The notes: generated by a model not told the origin, from the sequence alone. A stretch of DNA of 63,822 nt, filler included, from Octopus bimaculoides (GCF_001194135.2; 5 parts of 5 records of this genome joined end to end with filler, not necessarily neighbours in it), one strand, 5' to 3'; shown: positions 49,413-61,689, counted from the whole stretch's first letter. Made by a program: numbers and translations.

Positions 49413-52400
49413 CAGGTGGGTACCGTTAATCGAAAAGTTAACTTCGTTAATCATCAATTCTTTGGAAATGTAACGGAAGTTAACGTTAATCCGTTAATGT
49501 TAACTTTCATTGGAAAAGGCATATCTGCAGTTTAATACCCCACTGAAATTTGTTGCCTCATAACTTCCAGAAAAATGGATACTTGTTAATGAAACTTTCA
49601 CCAAATAATCGTTTATATCCTGNNNNNNNNNNNNNNNNNNNNNNNNNNNNNNNNNNNNNNNNNNNNNNNNNNNNNNNNNNNNNNNNNNNNNNNNNNNNNN
49701 NNNNNNNNNNNNNNNNNNNNNNNNNNNNNNNNNNNNNNNNNNNNNNNNNNNNNNNNNNNNNNNNNNNNNNNNNNNNNNNNNNNNNNNNNNNNNNNNNNNN
49801 NNNNNNNNNNNNNNNNNNNNNNNNNNNNNNNNNNNNNNNNNNNNNNNNNNNNNNNNNNNNNNNNNNNNNNNNNNNNNNNNNNNNNNNNNNNNNNNNNNNN
49901 NNNNNNNNNCGTTTGACGGGGATTTTTTCCGGTGTTTTTCACCAAAGTCTTCAGAATGATGGGAAGCATCTTTTCTCGAAAAAAACGAAAAAAGTTTTGG
50001 AAATTTTTTTCCATTCCCTCACCACCCCAGTCCAAAACTATCTGTTGGCCATTTTTGTCTTTTCACTACTAACTTAAAACCCGTGGGAGAAACATAAGTT
50101 CAGCGGAAAAGTTCAGAGGATTTAAGGGAGATCTGACTGCTGTTTCTAACACATCCCAAAACCTCCCTCCTCGGTTCTTTCTCACTCACACATCTATTGA
50201 TATTTTTCAATATTTTTCTCCCCATAAACAAATTTTATGGAATAATGATGTCAAAGTAACACACTTGTAGTCCCAACTGAGTGAGGCCATGTTATGTGTG
50301 TGTAAGAAAAAAAACACACCCCAAAACATCTTTAGTGTTCATATTAATCTGTCAAATGTAATACTTATTTGTTTACGTTATTTGAATTACTCAGGTTTAT
50401 TTGCTCGTAACTTTGTAACATTTTACATACAGATTTGAAATTTTGTCAGTGGGTGCTTTATACACCACTAGTTTATTATGTAATTTTAGCTAATCTTGCT
50501 GAGTAAATTTGAGTTTTATGGGCAGGTAAATTTAATTAACAGGTGTAAAAGCAATAACATTATGGATAAACACTAAAATTGAAATTCTTAATGCATCTTA
50601 CCTGTTTGATTTGTTACTAAAATTATCGCAGATGACAACCGACAAAAATTTTGCCACTCTTCAAGATGAGGTACTTCAATTTTAATTAATTAAAATACAG
50701 GTATAATCGGTACAAGATTTTATTCTTTCGGTAAATATTTCGTACCTCGGTGTGGAATAATTTTTTCCACAGTTTTTTTTTTCTTTTTTTTCGGGTGCAT
50801 TCANNNNNNNNNNNNNNNNNNNNNNNNNNNNNNNNNNNNNNNNNNNNNNNNNNNNNNNNNNNNNNNNNNNNNNNNNNNNNNNNNNNNNNNNNNNNNNNNN
50901 NNNNNNNNNNNNNNNNNNNNNNNNNNNNNNNNNNNNNNNNNNNNNNNNNNNNNNNNNNNNNNNNNNNNNNNNNNNNNNNNNNNNNNNNNNNNNNNNNNNN
51001 NNNNNNNNNNNNNNNNNNNNNNNNNNNNNNNNNNNNNNNNNNNNNNNNNNNNNNNNNNNNNNNNNNNNNNNNNNNNNNNNNNNNNNNNNNNNNNNNNNNN
51101 NNNNNNNNNNNNNNNNNNNNNNNNNNNNNNNNNNNNNNNNNNNNNNNNNNNNNNNNNNNNNNNNNNNNNNNNNNNNNNNNNNNNNNNNNNNNNNNNNNNN
51201 NNNNNNNNNNNNNNNNNNNNNNNNNNNNNNNNNNNNNNNNNNNNNNNNNNNNNNNNNNNNNNNNNNNNNNNNNNNNNNNNNNNNNNNNNNNNNNNNNNNN
51301 NNNNNNNNNNNNNNNNNNNNNNNNNNNNNNNNNNNNNNNNNNNNNNNNNNNNNNNNNNNNNNNNNNNNNNNNNNNNNNNNNNNNNNNNNNNNNNNNNNNN
51401 NNNNNNNNNNNNNNNNNNNNNNNNNNNNNNNNNNNNNNNNNNNNNNNNNNNNNNNNNNNNNNNNNNNNNNNNNNNNNNNNNNNNNNNNNNNNNNNNNNNN
51501 NNNNNNNNNNNNNNNNNNNNNNNNNNNNNNNNNNNNNNNNNNNNNNNNNNNNNNNNNNNNNNNNNNNNNNNNTTTTTGCCAAGAGTAAAAAATTGCTGAT
51601 TTTATGGTTTTAAATTTCAAAGAGCGGACTGATTTCATAGTATTGGCCCATTTTTTAAGGTTTTTAAAGGCTTTTAGAGCCAGAAAAGGGGGGGGGGACC
51701 TCAAATGAAACACAATATTAGTGTTAAACTAGAAAAGGTTTATTGATACAGTGGCCGTAAAAGAAAAAAATTAAATTTAAAAAATGAAAAACACGATATA
51801 TACATAACTTAATTTTTCCTCTTCTCCATTTTGTTGATGAGATTCATGTTGCCCTTCATGAAAATTAACATACTAAAATTTTCATCAGACATAGACGATC
51901 TCTTGACACTTAATATGTTCTTGGCCATGGAATATAAACGTTCAATTGCAGCACTGTAAGTAAATCTTTGGAGAAGGCAGCAGCTGTCAATAGATCTTTG
52001 GAGTGGGTCTCCAACCAGGTCTTTCCTAAATTCTGGGCCTTGTCCTTCAGTAACCTGTGGCTTCCGCTCTCATTTTGTTGGGTGACACCGCTGAAGTAGT
52101 CATCTTCCACGTCTTCGTTGTTGCTGCCTCCACTGTTGCTGCTCACTTCCTTAGACTGCTACCTCATGGCCTCCTCGACCTTATCCGCCATGTTTCTCCT
52201 CACCTTGGTGAACTTGGTGCTATCATATCTATCCAACCAGATAAGGCGAAACCTGGGGTGGAAGGCAGCAGCCAGCTGGCATTCCTCATCGTCCAGGAAG
52301 GTCGCAAATCTTTTGTCGATGCCTGCCAAAACTGCGTCGACCAAGGGGCTGCAGCAGAAGAGTTTTGGATTAACGGACTTGAGTTAACGGAAGCAAATGT

Positions 52401-52494
52401 AACGGGAGTTAATTAGTCCGATAATGATTTACAATGTTAACTTAAAACTAGAACCGTTAACGATAATGTTAATTAACGATTAACGGATTAACGG
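49413..52494 (-). mobile_element. hAT-superfamily transposon remnant, gapped, with transposase fragment at ~51900-52400
   Basis: LVDAVLAGIDKRF...LAAAFHPRFRLIWL; both ends carry clustered gttaac/cgttaa subterminal motifs. Confidence 0.7.
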
Positions 52495-52619
52495 NNNNNN
52501 NNNNNNNNNNNNNNNNNNNNNNNNNNNNNNNNNNNNNNTTAATTAATTAANNNNNNNNNNNNNNNNNNNNNNNNNNNNNNNNNNNNNNNNNNNNATATAT
52601 ATATACATATGTGGTCACA

Positions 52620-53240
52620 GGACGTCATGAAATGGGTACAACAAAAGATACGAAGTATGGAATATGAACTATTTTTTCAAACAACGAAAGACACAAATGG
52701 AAAACAAGACAAACAACATAAAGAACGACCCTTCATCAGTTGTTGGCTGTTTTTCTACCTTCGTATTTCGAGCATTTAACAACAATATACGGTTTCCATA
52801 AAACAGTTGCTCCCGCAAAGCAAATTAAATAAAATTTGGGATTTTGCGGAGGGTCAAAATTGGTAACACAAACAGGACAGTGAAAACAAACAGGAAGGGC
52901 TGCTAAGCCTAAGCGAGGATGTTGTGGCGAACGCGTAAATCAAGGTGGACAGGAGACAGACAAGAACACGTCTTCCTTGTTCCATCTACAACGGAGAGAA
53001 AGAAACACAAGTTAGAAGAAGAAAGAAAGATGGCCGATGGTTACGTGAGAGCCACGTGAGCAAGGGGGGAGGAGTTAGGGAGAGAGAGAGTGACAGAGCA
53101 ATAGGATAGAATAGTGGGAGAAGAGGAGGAAAAAGAATAAGAGAGAAAGAGAGAAAAACGAAAGAGTAAAAAGATCGTATAGAGTGCGCATTAGAATTAT
53201 TAAGATAAAACTTGCTTGGAAGAGGATGCGTGGCGTTCAA
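52620..53240. repeat. Interspersed repeat, second copy at ~55930-56300
   Basis: Shared acgacccttcatcagttgt...atttcgagca...ggagggtcaaaattggtaa. Confidence 0.8.
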
Positions 53241-53932
53241 TTATATATTAATATAAATAATATATTAACAAGAGAAACAGAGACAGACAAAAACAAGGAA
53301 AATGCCCCAGGTATTTGAAAACTATGCAAATATGTTTTTAAAAAAAAGTTTTTCATTTAAAGGATCGAAACCGGTACTGAAATGNNNNNNNNNNNNNNNN
53401 NNNNNNNNNNNNNNNNNNNNNNNNNNNNNNNNNNNNNNNNNNNNNNNNNNNNNNNNNNNNNNNNNNNNNNNNNNNNNNNNNNNNNNNNNNNNNNNNNNNN
53501 NNNNNNNNNNNNNNNNNNNNNNNNNNNNNNNNNNNNNNNNNNNNNNNNNNNNNNNNNNNNNNNNNNNNNNNNNNNNNNNNNNNNNNNNNNNNNNNNNNNN
53601 NNNNNNNNNNNNNNNNNNNNNNNNNNNNNNNNNNNNNNNNNNNNNNNNNNNNNNNNNNNNNNNNNNNNNNNNNNNNNNNNNNNNNNNNNNNNNNNNNNNN
53701 NNNNNNNNNNNNNNNNNNNNNNNNNNNNNNNNNNNNNNNNNNNNNNNNNNNNNNNNNNNNNNNNNNNNNNNNNNNNNNNNNNNNNNNNNNNNNNNNNNNN
53801 NNNNNNNNNNNNNNNNNNNNNNNNNNNNNNNNNNNNNNNNNNNNNNNNNNNNNNNNNNNNNNNNNNNNNNNNNNNNNNNNNNNNNNNNNNNNNNNNNNNN
53901 NNNNNNNNNNNNNNNNNNNNNNNNNNNNNNNN

Positions 53933-53969
<37 letters not shown>

Positions 53970-53974
53970 TACGA

Positions 53975-54128
53975 CGTGCTCCTTTCAGTTTCCGCCTACC
54001 AAATCCACTCACAAGGCTTTGGTCGGCCCGAGGCTATAGTAGAAGACACTTATCCAAGGAGCCACACAGTGACACTAAGCCCTTAACCATGTGGTAGGTA
54101 AGCAAGCTACTTACCGCCCAGCCACTCC
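53975..54128 (-). mobile_element. SINE family S2, 5' part (also 56560-56712)
   Basis: Reverse complement of the 63445-63580 head. Confidence 0.8.
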
Positions 54129-55608
54129 TGCGCCATGTATGTGTATGTATGCATGTATGTTTGGATATATATATGTATAAGATATGTATGTATGTATAAT
54201 TTTCACAGGGTGTATAAGACGTGCACACGTGGGAAACAATTTATTAAATCTACCAATAAAGCTTTCACGTGATTATTTTCACTTTTCCTTCATATTTCAT
54301 AAATGTCAAGCAAAAGGCGTAATAGCCTCCCAACAAAGTGACGCCTCGAGTGACTTCCCGTCTACCGATACCTTGAGCCTACCCTGTGTAGACCATGCAG
54401 ATAACCCATAGTTCTCTCTCCTTCTCTCTCTCTCTCTCTCTTTCCCTCTTTATCTATCTATCTATCTATTTATCTGTCTGTCTATCTATCTATCTATCTA
54501 TCACTTTTTTGGGGAAGTGTGATTTCTCTGCATATGGTATGCATTAAACGTATTTCGATATTGTATATCTGGTGATATCCCGAGTGTATATTCTCTAACT
54601 ACACCATATTTCTGTGTCTACGCAATAATCTACAGAATCTAGTTTGTCAGCATTTACGTATGGGGCCTTTTTCAAAAACAAATACAAGGTGGATATATTT
54701 TTTCATTCTCTCCTATTAAAAAATAAGTGCGCTCTCTCTCTCTCTATCTCTCTTCCTTATCTCTCTCCCTCTCTCTCTCTCTTATCTCTCTCCCCCTCTT
54801 TCCTTCTTTCTCTCTTTCTCTGCATTCGTTGTTTCGTTGTTGATTTGTCCATTACATTGTGCGGTTTTGGTGGACTCTGCGAAAACTCACTCTGCTCCTC
54901 TCTCTCTTTCTCTTTCTTTCTCGCTCTATTTCTCTCTCATTCTCTCTCACACACTTTCTCTCACTTTCACACATACACTTCCTCTCTCCCTGTCTTCCTT
55001 TCTCTCTCCTCTCTTCCCAAAGACTCAATATTTCTTACTTTCGTTATTGTGTTCGTGCTTATTTGTTTGGACCAGTCATGAGTAAACGGAAGCCCGCTGG
55101 ACTTTCTGAATGACACGCCCAACGAAATAACTACCTTGAATATTTTTAGTAGTACGATCCGCCTCATGATGAACGATATCTCATGCGGCCCGCTTCTCGA
55201 AATAGGTTTCCCATGCCTAGTTTAGGAACGTACCACCTCCACAAGGCCATTGGTGTAGAGAAGTTAGACGGGCGATGATATTGTTTCCGCGTAGCTAATT
55301 TTTATTGTTTCTTTTAGTTATCATGGCTTAAACTGGTGCACATCGCGCGTTTCCTGGTGAAACGTAAATCTGGGAGGGTTTTTGACTGCACTCTTTAAAT
55401 ATAACGAAACGTAGCTCCCAGCAGTCAAAGCACCAACTGCTGTCTTAACCTATCTAGTAACTCTTCTTGTTTGCAATTGTAACCAACACAGCGGCACATC
55501 TAGTCTACAAGAGAACGTCTAAATTAACTATGAGCAAACTCTCGTCCTCATTAAGAAATGAAACTGTCTACAACAAAATTCTCTAATAATCCATTTAGAG
55601 AGAGAGAG

Positions 55609-55657
<49 letters not shown>

Positions 55658-56357
55658 CTTTATGTCTCAAGAACAAAGCAGGTATTTCTTTTTAGATAAC
55701 TTTGAATTTGTCAGGGCTCAGTTAATAACAGCTCGTTTAACTACCAACACGTAATTACATTGCAGTCGATCGAAATGGGACTGTCGACAAAAACTATGTT
55801 TATGAGCAACATTTATAAGTAGAAAAGCATAAATTTCACACATAGTTCATATTTTAATTGTCCTCAACAGCTGTTTCATTCAGATAAACATTACCAAATG
55901 TTTAAGTTCATAATTGTGATACATAATTTGTATACAAAGAATACAAAGACGACCCTTCATCAGTTGTCGGCTGTCTATCCACTCCCCATTTCGAGCAATC
56001 AATGACAACATTCGAAGACAGTTGCTCCCATAAATACCAAAATAAATTTTGGATTCATGGAGGGTCAAAATTGGTAATAAAAGCAAGATAGTGGAGACAT
56101 ACAGGGAAACCGAACGAAAACAAATATAGAGGGTCGTAAGACCTGAACGAGGGGAAAATAGTGAACGCTGAGAGAAATATTTTCTTTGAAAAGAGAATTG
56201 ATAGAAGAGAGAGATAGGATACATCCACTCCTTAGAAGGCCCGTTCAGGAAAGAAAGATGGTCACATGAAGAAAAGAAAGATGGACGATGGTCACATGTG
56301 AGCAACGAGAAATAGAAAATATATATATACATATATATACACACACACAAACATACA

Positions 56358-56416
<59 letters not shown>

Positions 56417-57439
56417 GCACATACACATATACAGATTTATATATATGCATATATATATGTACATATATATATATATATGTTTGTGTGTGTATATATATAT
56501 GTATATATATACATACACACATATTTGATACACACACACGCACACACATAACTACGATAGTCCTCTTTCAGTTTTCGGTTATCAAATCCATTCACGAATC
56601 TTTGGTCAACCCAGGGTCACACTAGAAGACACCTGCCCTAAAATGCTACACAATGGGATTGAACCCACAATCATGTGATTGGAAAGCAAACTTCTTACCA
56701 CACAGCCACACCTGTGTCTACAACAATACCTGCACATAGTGTAATTTAAGAAAGATTTAGATACTCCCATATTGTGATCGGTGATGGTGGTGGGGGTGGC
56801 AGGTGATAATGGTAAGTTTTAGTGGTATAGGGTGAAGGTAGGAATAATGGTAAGGTGTTGGAATACTGGGAGAAAGTGGAAGGTATTGATGGGGTACGGG
56901 GCTACAGGGGGAAAAGGNNNNNNNNNNGATGAGGAAGTTCTTTCATTTTACTTATACTATTCATTCCTAAGTCATTAGCAGTGTGTGTGTGTGAGTGAGT
57001 GTATGTGTGTGTGTACGTGAGAGAGAGAGAGAGAGAGGATGGGAGAGAAAGAGAGAGAGGGTGGAAGAGAAAAAGAGAGAGGGTGGGAGAGAAAGAGAGA
57101 GAGAGGGTGGGAAAGAAAGAGAGAGAGGGTGGGAGAGAAAGAGAGAGTATGTACGTCGGTAAGGGTGTAGGTATGTATGGGTGTGTCTGTGTGTGTTGTG
57201 TGTTTGTGATGTCTCTGTGTGTGCGTATGTATGTCGTGAGCTTTTGTGTTTGTCTATGTGTATGTATGTGATCTGTATGTCAAAGCATATAGTTATTATG
57301 TATGTATTTGCGCGAAGATATGTGTAAATGAATGTAAAGACGTGTGTGTGTGTTTTGATAGTGTATCTCTTCAGCCATTGTCTTTAGTTTCTCCCTCTCT
57401 GCCCATTTCCCCCTTTACCTCTCTCCTTCTGTCCCTCTC

Positions 57440-57545
57440 TCCCTCCCACTCCTCTCTCCCTCCCACTCCTCTCTCCCTCCCACTGCTCTCTCCCTCCCAC
57501 TCCTCTCTCCCTCCCACTCCTCTCTCCCTCCCACTCCTCTCTCCC
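57440..57545. repeat. 17-bp pyrimidine minisatellite, ~6 copies
   Basis: Unit tctccctcccactcctc. Confidence 0.85.
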
Positions 57546-57550
57546 AAAAG

Positions 57551-57971
57551 AATTCGTCCATGTATCAGGCTTCCAGCATGCTCCACCCCGTCATACGATC
57601 CACCCGCACAACTCATACATTATTCTGTCATTCCGATATTCTGATAGAATGTGACAGACCGGTTAAGATGAATTGTTGTTGTTGATGCTGATGTTGATGC
57701 TGATGTTGATGATGATGATGATGCTCTTTCGGTCAAATTATATTTCGTGTTTATTTTACGGCTTTTCACAATTGCGTTTCAATGTTACTACCACTCAAAA
57801 CACACACACACACACACACATACTTATGCACCACGCACATATATACACCCACCTGCCCAACACAGTAGATACCTGTACACACACAATTGTGGTAACAAAG
57901 TAAGAGTGCTCAATACCAGAGTTAAAGTAAAAAATATTCATTAATTGAAATATAGTTAGAACAACGTGGGG

Positions 57972-58012
<41 letters not shown>

Positions 58013-58926
58013 GTTGCTACTATGCAAAAGTGCCGTAAGTCCAAAACGTTGCTTTTTCAAAAATCGAAAAAGTAGTTTCACCATTCCATAGCAAAACCAT
58101 TGTACTACACTTTGGCAATTTTTCATATCTTAGCATCTGAAGCAGCTGGAGATATGATAGTTTGACCAAATGAACCGGCTGTTGCAAGGAAAAATAAATA
58201 TTGAAAGAAACGCATTTGGCCAAATCTGGACATACGACAACTTAACATAATAGCAACGATATATATATACATATGTAATTACGTATATTACCTATGTAGC
58301 AGATATATAAACGGGTAATTTAGCTATTTCTCCGTAGATTTGAAAAATGAACCACCTTAATCGATTTTCTAAACAAGGACTTTTACATCGATTTGATCAG
58401 CACCTTAGAATCAGGAAACCAATCTGCTTATATACTCGAAAATTACTATAGGCACAGAAAACTGGACCTACTAATTTGCATGCCACAAGCGTTAACACTC
58501 TATTTTAAATATCAGGTGTCTGTCAACAGTGATCTCAGTCCACGCAGTATCAAGGTATGATAAAATATATGAGGAGCTTACTTTCAAAACCGGTATAAGT
58601 GCATATTTGGTCGATTTCAGGATAACCATTAAAACACAATCTGCAAGCCGCTGGCTTCATATTGGTGAAATTTTTTTCAGTCAAACTGTGATACATGCCA
58701 AATAGACAGTAGACGAATCTTAGTCTTCCAATCAAAATCAGATATATTCAAGTTGTTTTAAACAATTATTCAAGTCATTCCGATGCATATATTTGGTTTT
58801 GAAAGTAAGCTCTTCAGTAACCTATATAGTGGATATATAGAGTATATGGCAGATATTTAAGAGATATATATGGTAGATATTTAAGAGATGTATTTCACTT
58901 TTCATCCCGCGTTTAAATGTGTATAC

Positions 58927-58969
<43 letters not shown>

Positions 58970-59029
58970 CGTGCGTGTGTTTTATAATTCTGCTTCATCG
59001 TAGCAGGACGAATACCTGGCCCTTGTAAA
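57551..59029 (+). CDS. Cluster of candidate small exons (57577-57661, 58516-58554, 58621-58664, 58742/58775-58804, 59004-59024/59029), possibly a degenerate PHM-like subdomain
   Basis: Several strong splice signals (gtatga, gtaagc, gtgagt). Peptides include RHTI and IECDRP (cf. A4 RHTI...ICDQP), YLVLK and IPMHIFGF. Frames cannot be fixed uniquely. Confidence 0.3.
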
Positions 59030-59217
59030 GTGAGTACTATCTGCTTCTCTTAACCGAAACAGCTGTAAAGTAAAAGGCAATGAATATATATACATGCAGT
59101 TCTTGTTATGATGTCATTTATCATTTAATGTGTATGGGGGTGGTGAGTATGTGTGTGTGTATTTGTGTGCGTGTATTCTATTTTACTAATGTTTCTTTAT
59201 ATATTTATCTTCTTTAG

Positions 59218-60489
59218 GGAAACAATGTCACTGGCAATTGGTTTAGTGTCTATGTGGAAATTACGACAGCTTCGTCCGTTCAAGTGGAGAATCCTTACGC
59301 TTCGGAAACCATTTCAATTGTCGACAGTCGCAGGCATAGGAAAAGATTCCGGGGGAGATTTAATCGAAGATTTTACAGGAAATTTCACCGACGGTTTGGA
59401 CACCAACGCAAACGAGCGGAAACTAAAGACAGGACATCCAACACACTTAACGGAAGTAGAATAGACGATAGATATAAAGGAATACAAGGTGATGGCGAAG
59501 TACAACCAGAACAAAATAACAAAGAAGAAAAAGATGATGAAGTAATAATAGTGAAAGGCGGGCTAGAAGTAGGAGTAGAAGATAAAGGAAGTCTTTGGGA
59601 GGAGTACAAATCACAACACTATCCACCGAAACATCCGCTTATTTCAACAACATCGCTTACAGATTTAGAAGATGTGCGATGGGTTAAATGTGACGGAGGT
59701 GAACGACGAAATAACCTGGATGGAACGGGAGATAATTTGGTGGAAAGAGGAGATAATCAGGAAGAAAGTCGAAATAACCTGGAAGAAAGAAGTGGGAATC
59801 TAGTCGAGAAAAGAGATAATCTGGTTGAACGGCGGCTAAAATCGATTCAAAGGCGAAGAAAACCGATTAAAATTAACAAACTGAACGGTTATAATTTAGG
59901 AGAGGATTTTCTAAGCGAAAAATATCCAAAGAATGTCTCGTATTCTGTTCATTATAGCGGTAATGAAAAAAGCTCTGTACATGATGGTATTCATCTTGGC
60001 GGTGAGAGTGGAAATGGTAGCGAAGATGACAATGATTACGGCATCGGGCAAGAGGGAAAGAACAAGGTAGGTTTGAGTTTCGGCGTCAACGTTGAGGATG
60101 AGGAGAATAAAAATACAGTGAAAGAGGAGACAAATGGCAAAAAAAGGGAAAATAAGGGCGACGGTGATAATGATTATGATTATTATGAAAAAGATGGGGA
60201 AAAGAAAACAGAAACGGAAACTGTATTTGGATTTAATGCAAAGAAAGAGAACAGGAATATGAAATCAGGGTACGACAGAGCAGAGGTTGAAGCAAATAGC
60301 ATTAATCCAGAACGAGATTTACGCAAAGCAGAATATTTTGATAAGGTTCATGACAACGAAGAAACCGACTGGAAGTCAGAGTTAAAGAGATTACTTGAGG
60401 AATCGAATCGGCATGAGGAAAGACAGCAACAAGTTCAACGAAAGAGTGGCCATAATGAACACAGAGGTAAGGAAGCTGTTTTTTCATGA
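59218..60489 (+). CDS. Large exon (~420 aa), hydrophilic and rich in dibasic sites; ends at donor 60466 (phase 1) or stop 60489
   Basis: Strong acceptor tttatcttctttag, 1.27-kb stop-free frame in AT-rich DNA, coding-type internal repeats and an AGAG|gtaagg donor. Confidence 0.8.
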   Translation, partial: GNNVTGNWFSVYVEITTASSVQVENPYASETISIVDSRRHRKRFRGRFNRRFYRKFHRRFGHQRKRAETKDRTSNTLNGSRIDDRYKGIQGDGEVQPEQNNKEEKDDEVIIVKGGLEVGVEDKGSLWEEYKSQHYPPKHPLISTTSLTDLEDVRWVKCDGGERRNNLDGTGDNLVERGDNQEESRNNLEERSGNLVEKRDNLVERRLKSIQRRRKPIKINKLNGYNLGEDFLSEKYPKNVSYSVHYSGNEKSSVHDGIHLGGESGNGSEDDNDYGIGQEGKNKVGLSFGVNVEDEENKNTVKEETNGKKRENKGDGDNDYDYYEKDGEKKTETETVFGFNAKKENRNMKSGYDRAEVEANSINPERDLRKAEYFDKVHDNEETDWKSELKRLLEESNRHEERQQQVQRKSGHNEHRGKEAVFS

Positions 60490-60764
60490 GATGCGTGCGT
60501 GCGCGCGTGTGTACACGCACACACACACACGTTTTCTTTTATTCTTTTACTTGTTTCAGCCATTTGACTGCGGCCATGCTGGAGCACCCTCTTAAGGGGT
60601 TTTAGTTGGACAAATCGACCCCGGGACTTATTCTTTGTAAGCCCAGTACTTATTCTATCGGTCTCTTTTGTCGAACCACTAAGTTACGGGGACGTAAACA
60701 CACCAACATCACTTGACATATGATGGTGGGGAACAGAGAATCGCTGATGATAATGTGGTACTTT

Positions 60765-61130
60765 AATTTTTTTTTCCGTTTAGTTATGAGGCATCCAAAC
60801 ATCATAACGATTCTCATATTCCAAGTATTTGTAAACTCCTTATAACACTCGTATAAGATTAGAGTATCTGTACAATCCTTCGTGTTTTGTGACCGGGATT
60901 ATTTTTTATTCGTGTTTCGATTTGGCCATCATCAATTACTGTAGGTCTGTCGAAACCTTCACGGTCTTCCAGATCAAAATTTTCCCCCCTAAACGTAGCA
61001 AGCCACTTCTCGGTGAGGACGCCATCTTCATAAACTGCTCAAATCTGTTTTTGCTGTTTCTACAGCGTTTTTTTACTTTCCGGAAATAAATGAGCATCAC
61101 TTGAAGAAAATATATCATATTGTTCACACT
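60765..61130 (-). mobile_element. Mariner transposase N-terminal fragment
   Basis: ATFRGENFDLEDRE..RPTVIDDGQIETRIKNNPGH...YDVWMPHN (variant of the WVPH motif). Confidence 0.85.
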
Positions 61131-61311
61131 TTAAACGTAAAATAAACTATCCACACAGAAATCATATACAAAGGTGTGTTGGAAAGTCACCTTCCAGAAA
61201 ATGTATATATATGCAATATACTTCTGTCACGTGAAAAACGAAATCACGTGCTTAAACACTACCAATTGAAAAACGGTGCGAAGTTTTGTTCAACCCAATT
61301 TATATATATTT

Positions 61312-61405
61312 ACTAGCAGAAATACCCGGCGTTGCCCGGGTTAAAGAGAATAATGAAATCTAAAAACGCCGTCTAGACTACGCATCATCTTTATATATAG
61401 AGATG
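61312..61405 (+). mobile_element. Short non-autonomous Helitron/HINE-like element
   Basis: tactagcagaaatacccggcgttgcccgg head and ctttatatatagagat tail. Confidence 0.45.
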
Positions 61406-61689
61406 TATATACACACACGCACCCAAACACACGTATATATATGTATATCAATATAAATATATGAATGTCAATGAAGTTTCGTAAAAGAAGGTGATCATGT
61501 ACATACTTTCTTGCTGTTGTGATTATAACACCTCATTGTAAACTATGTTCCTTGTTTTCCCTTGTGGAGCATATACAAATAGGNNNNNNNNNNNNNNNNN
61601 NNNNNNNNNNNNNNNNNNNNNNNNNNNTTAATTAATTAANNNNNNNNNNNNNNNNNNNNNNNNNNNNNNNNNNNNNNNNNNNNCTATAC

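Noticed and set aside
52720-52780. CTGATGA and GAAA on the minus strand (also ~55950), suggesting a hammerhead ribozyme
   Set aside because: I could not build stem II or the other stems by eye; needs an Infernal/RNAMotif search.
2640-54086. Long ORFs in the supplied track spanning N-runs or microsatellites (poly-X, CVCV, YIYI, poly-I/L/N)
   Set aside because: They are artefacts of gaps and simple repeats, with no coding signal.
55150-55252. MMNDISCGPLLEIGFPCLVLGTYHLHKAIG, resembling PHM NADISC...VHTHHLG
   Set aside because: Weak donor, and out of order relative to the other candidate exons; chance similarity is likely. RNA-seq coverage would revive it.
59153-59464. Alternative frame resembling the PHM C-terminal half (LVSMWKLR...WRIL...GDLI...FTG)
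   Set aside because: The GDLI-like part is a by-product of the 12-nt R/F periodicity in the long frame, which is open for 1.27 kb; this frame stops early.
60950-61013. Apparent plus-strand exon with gtgagg donor after the large exon
   Set aside because: The sequence is the antisense of a mariner transposase fragment.
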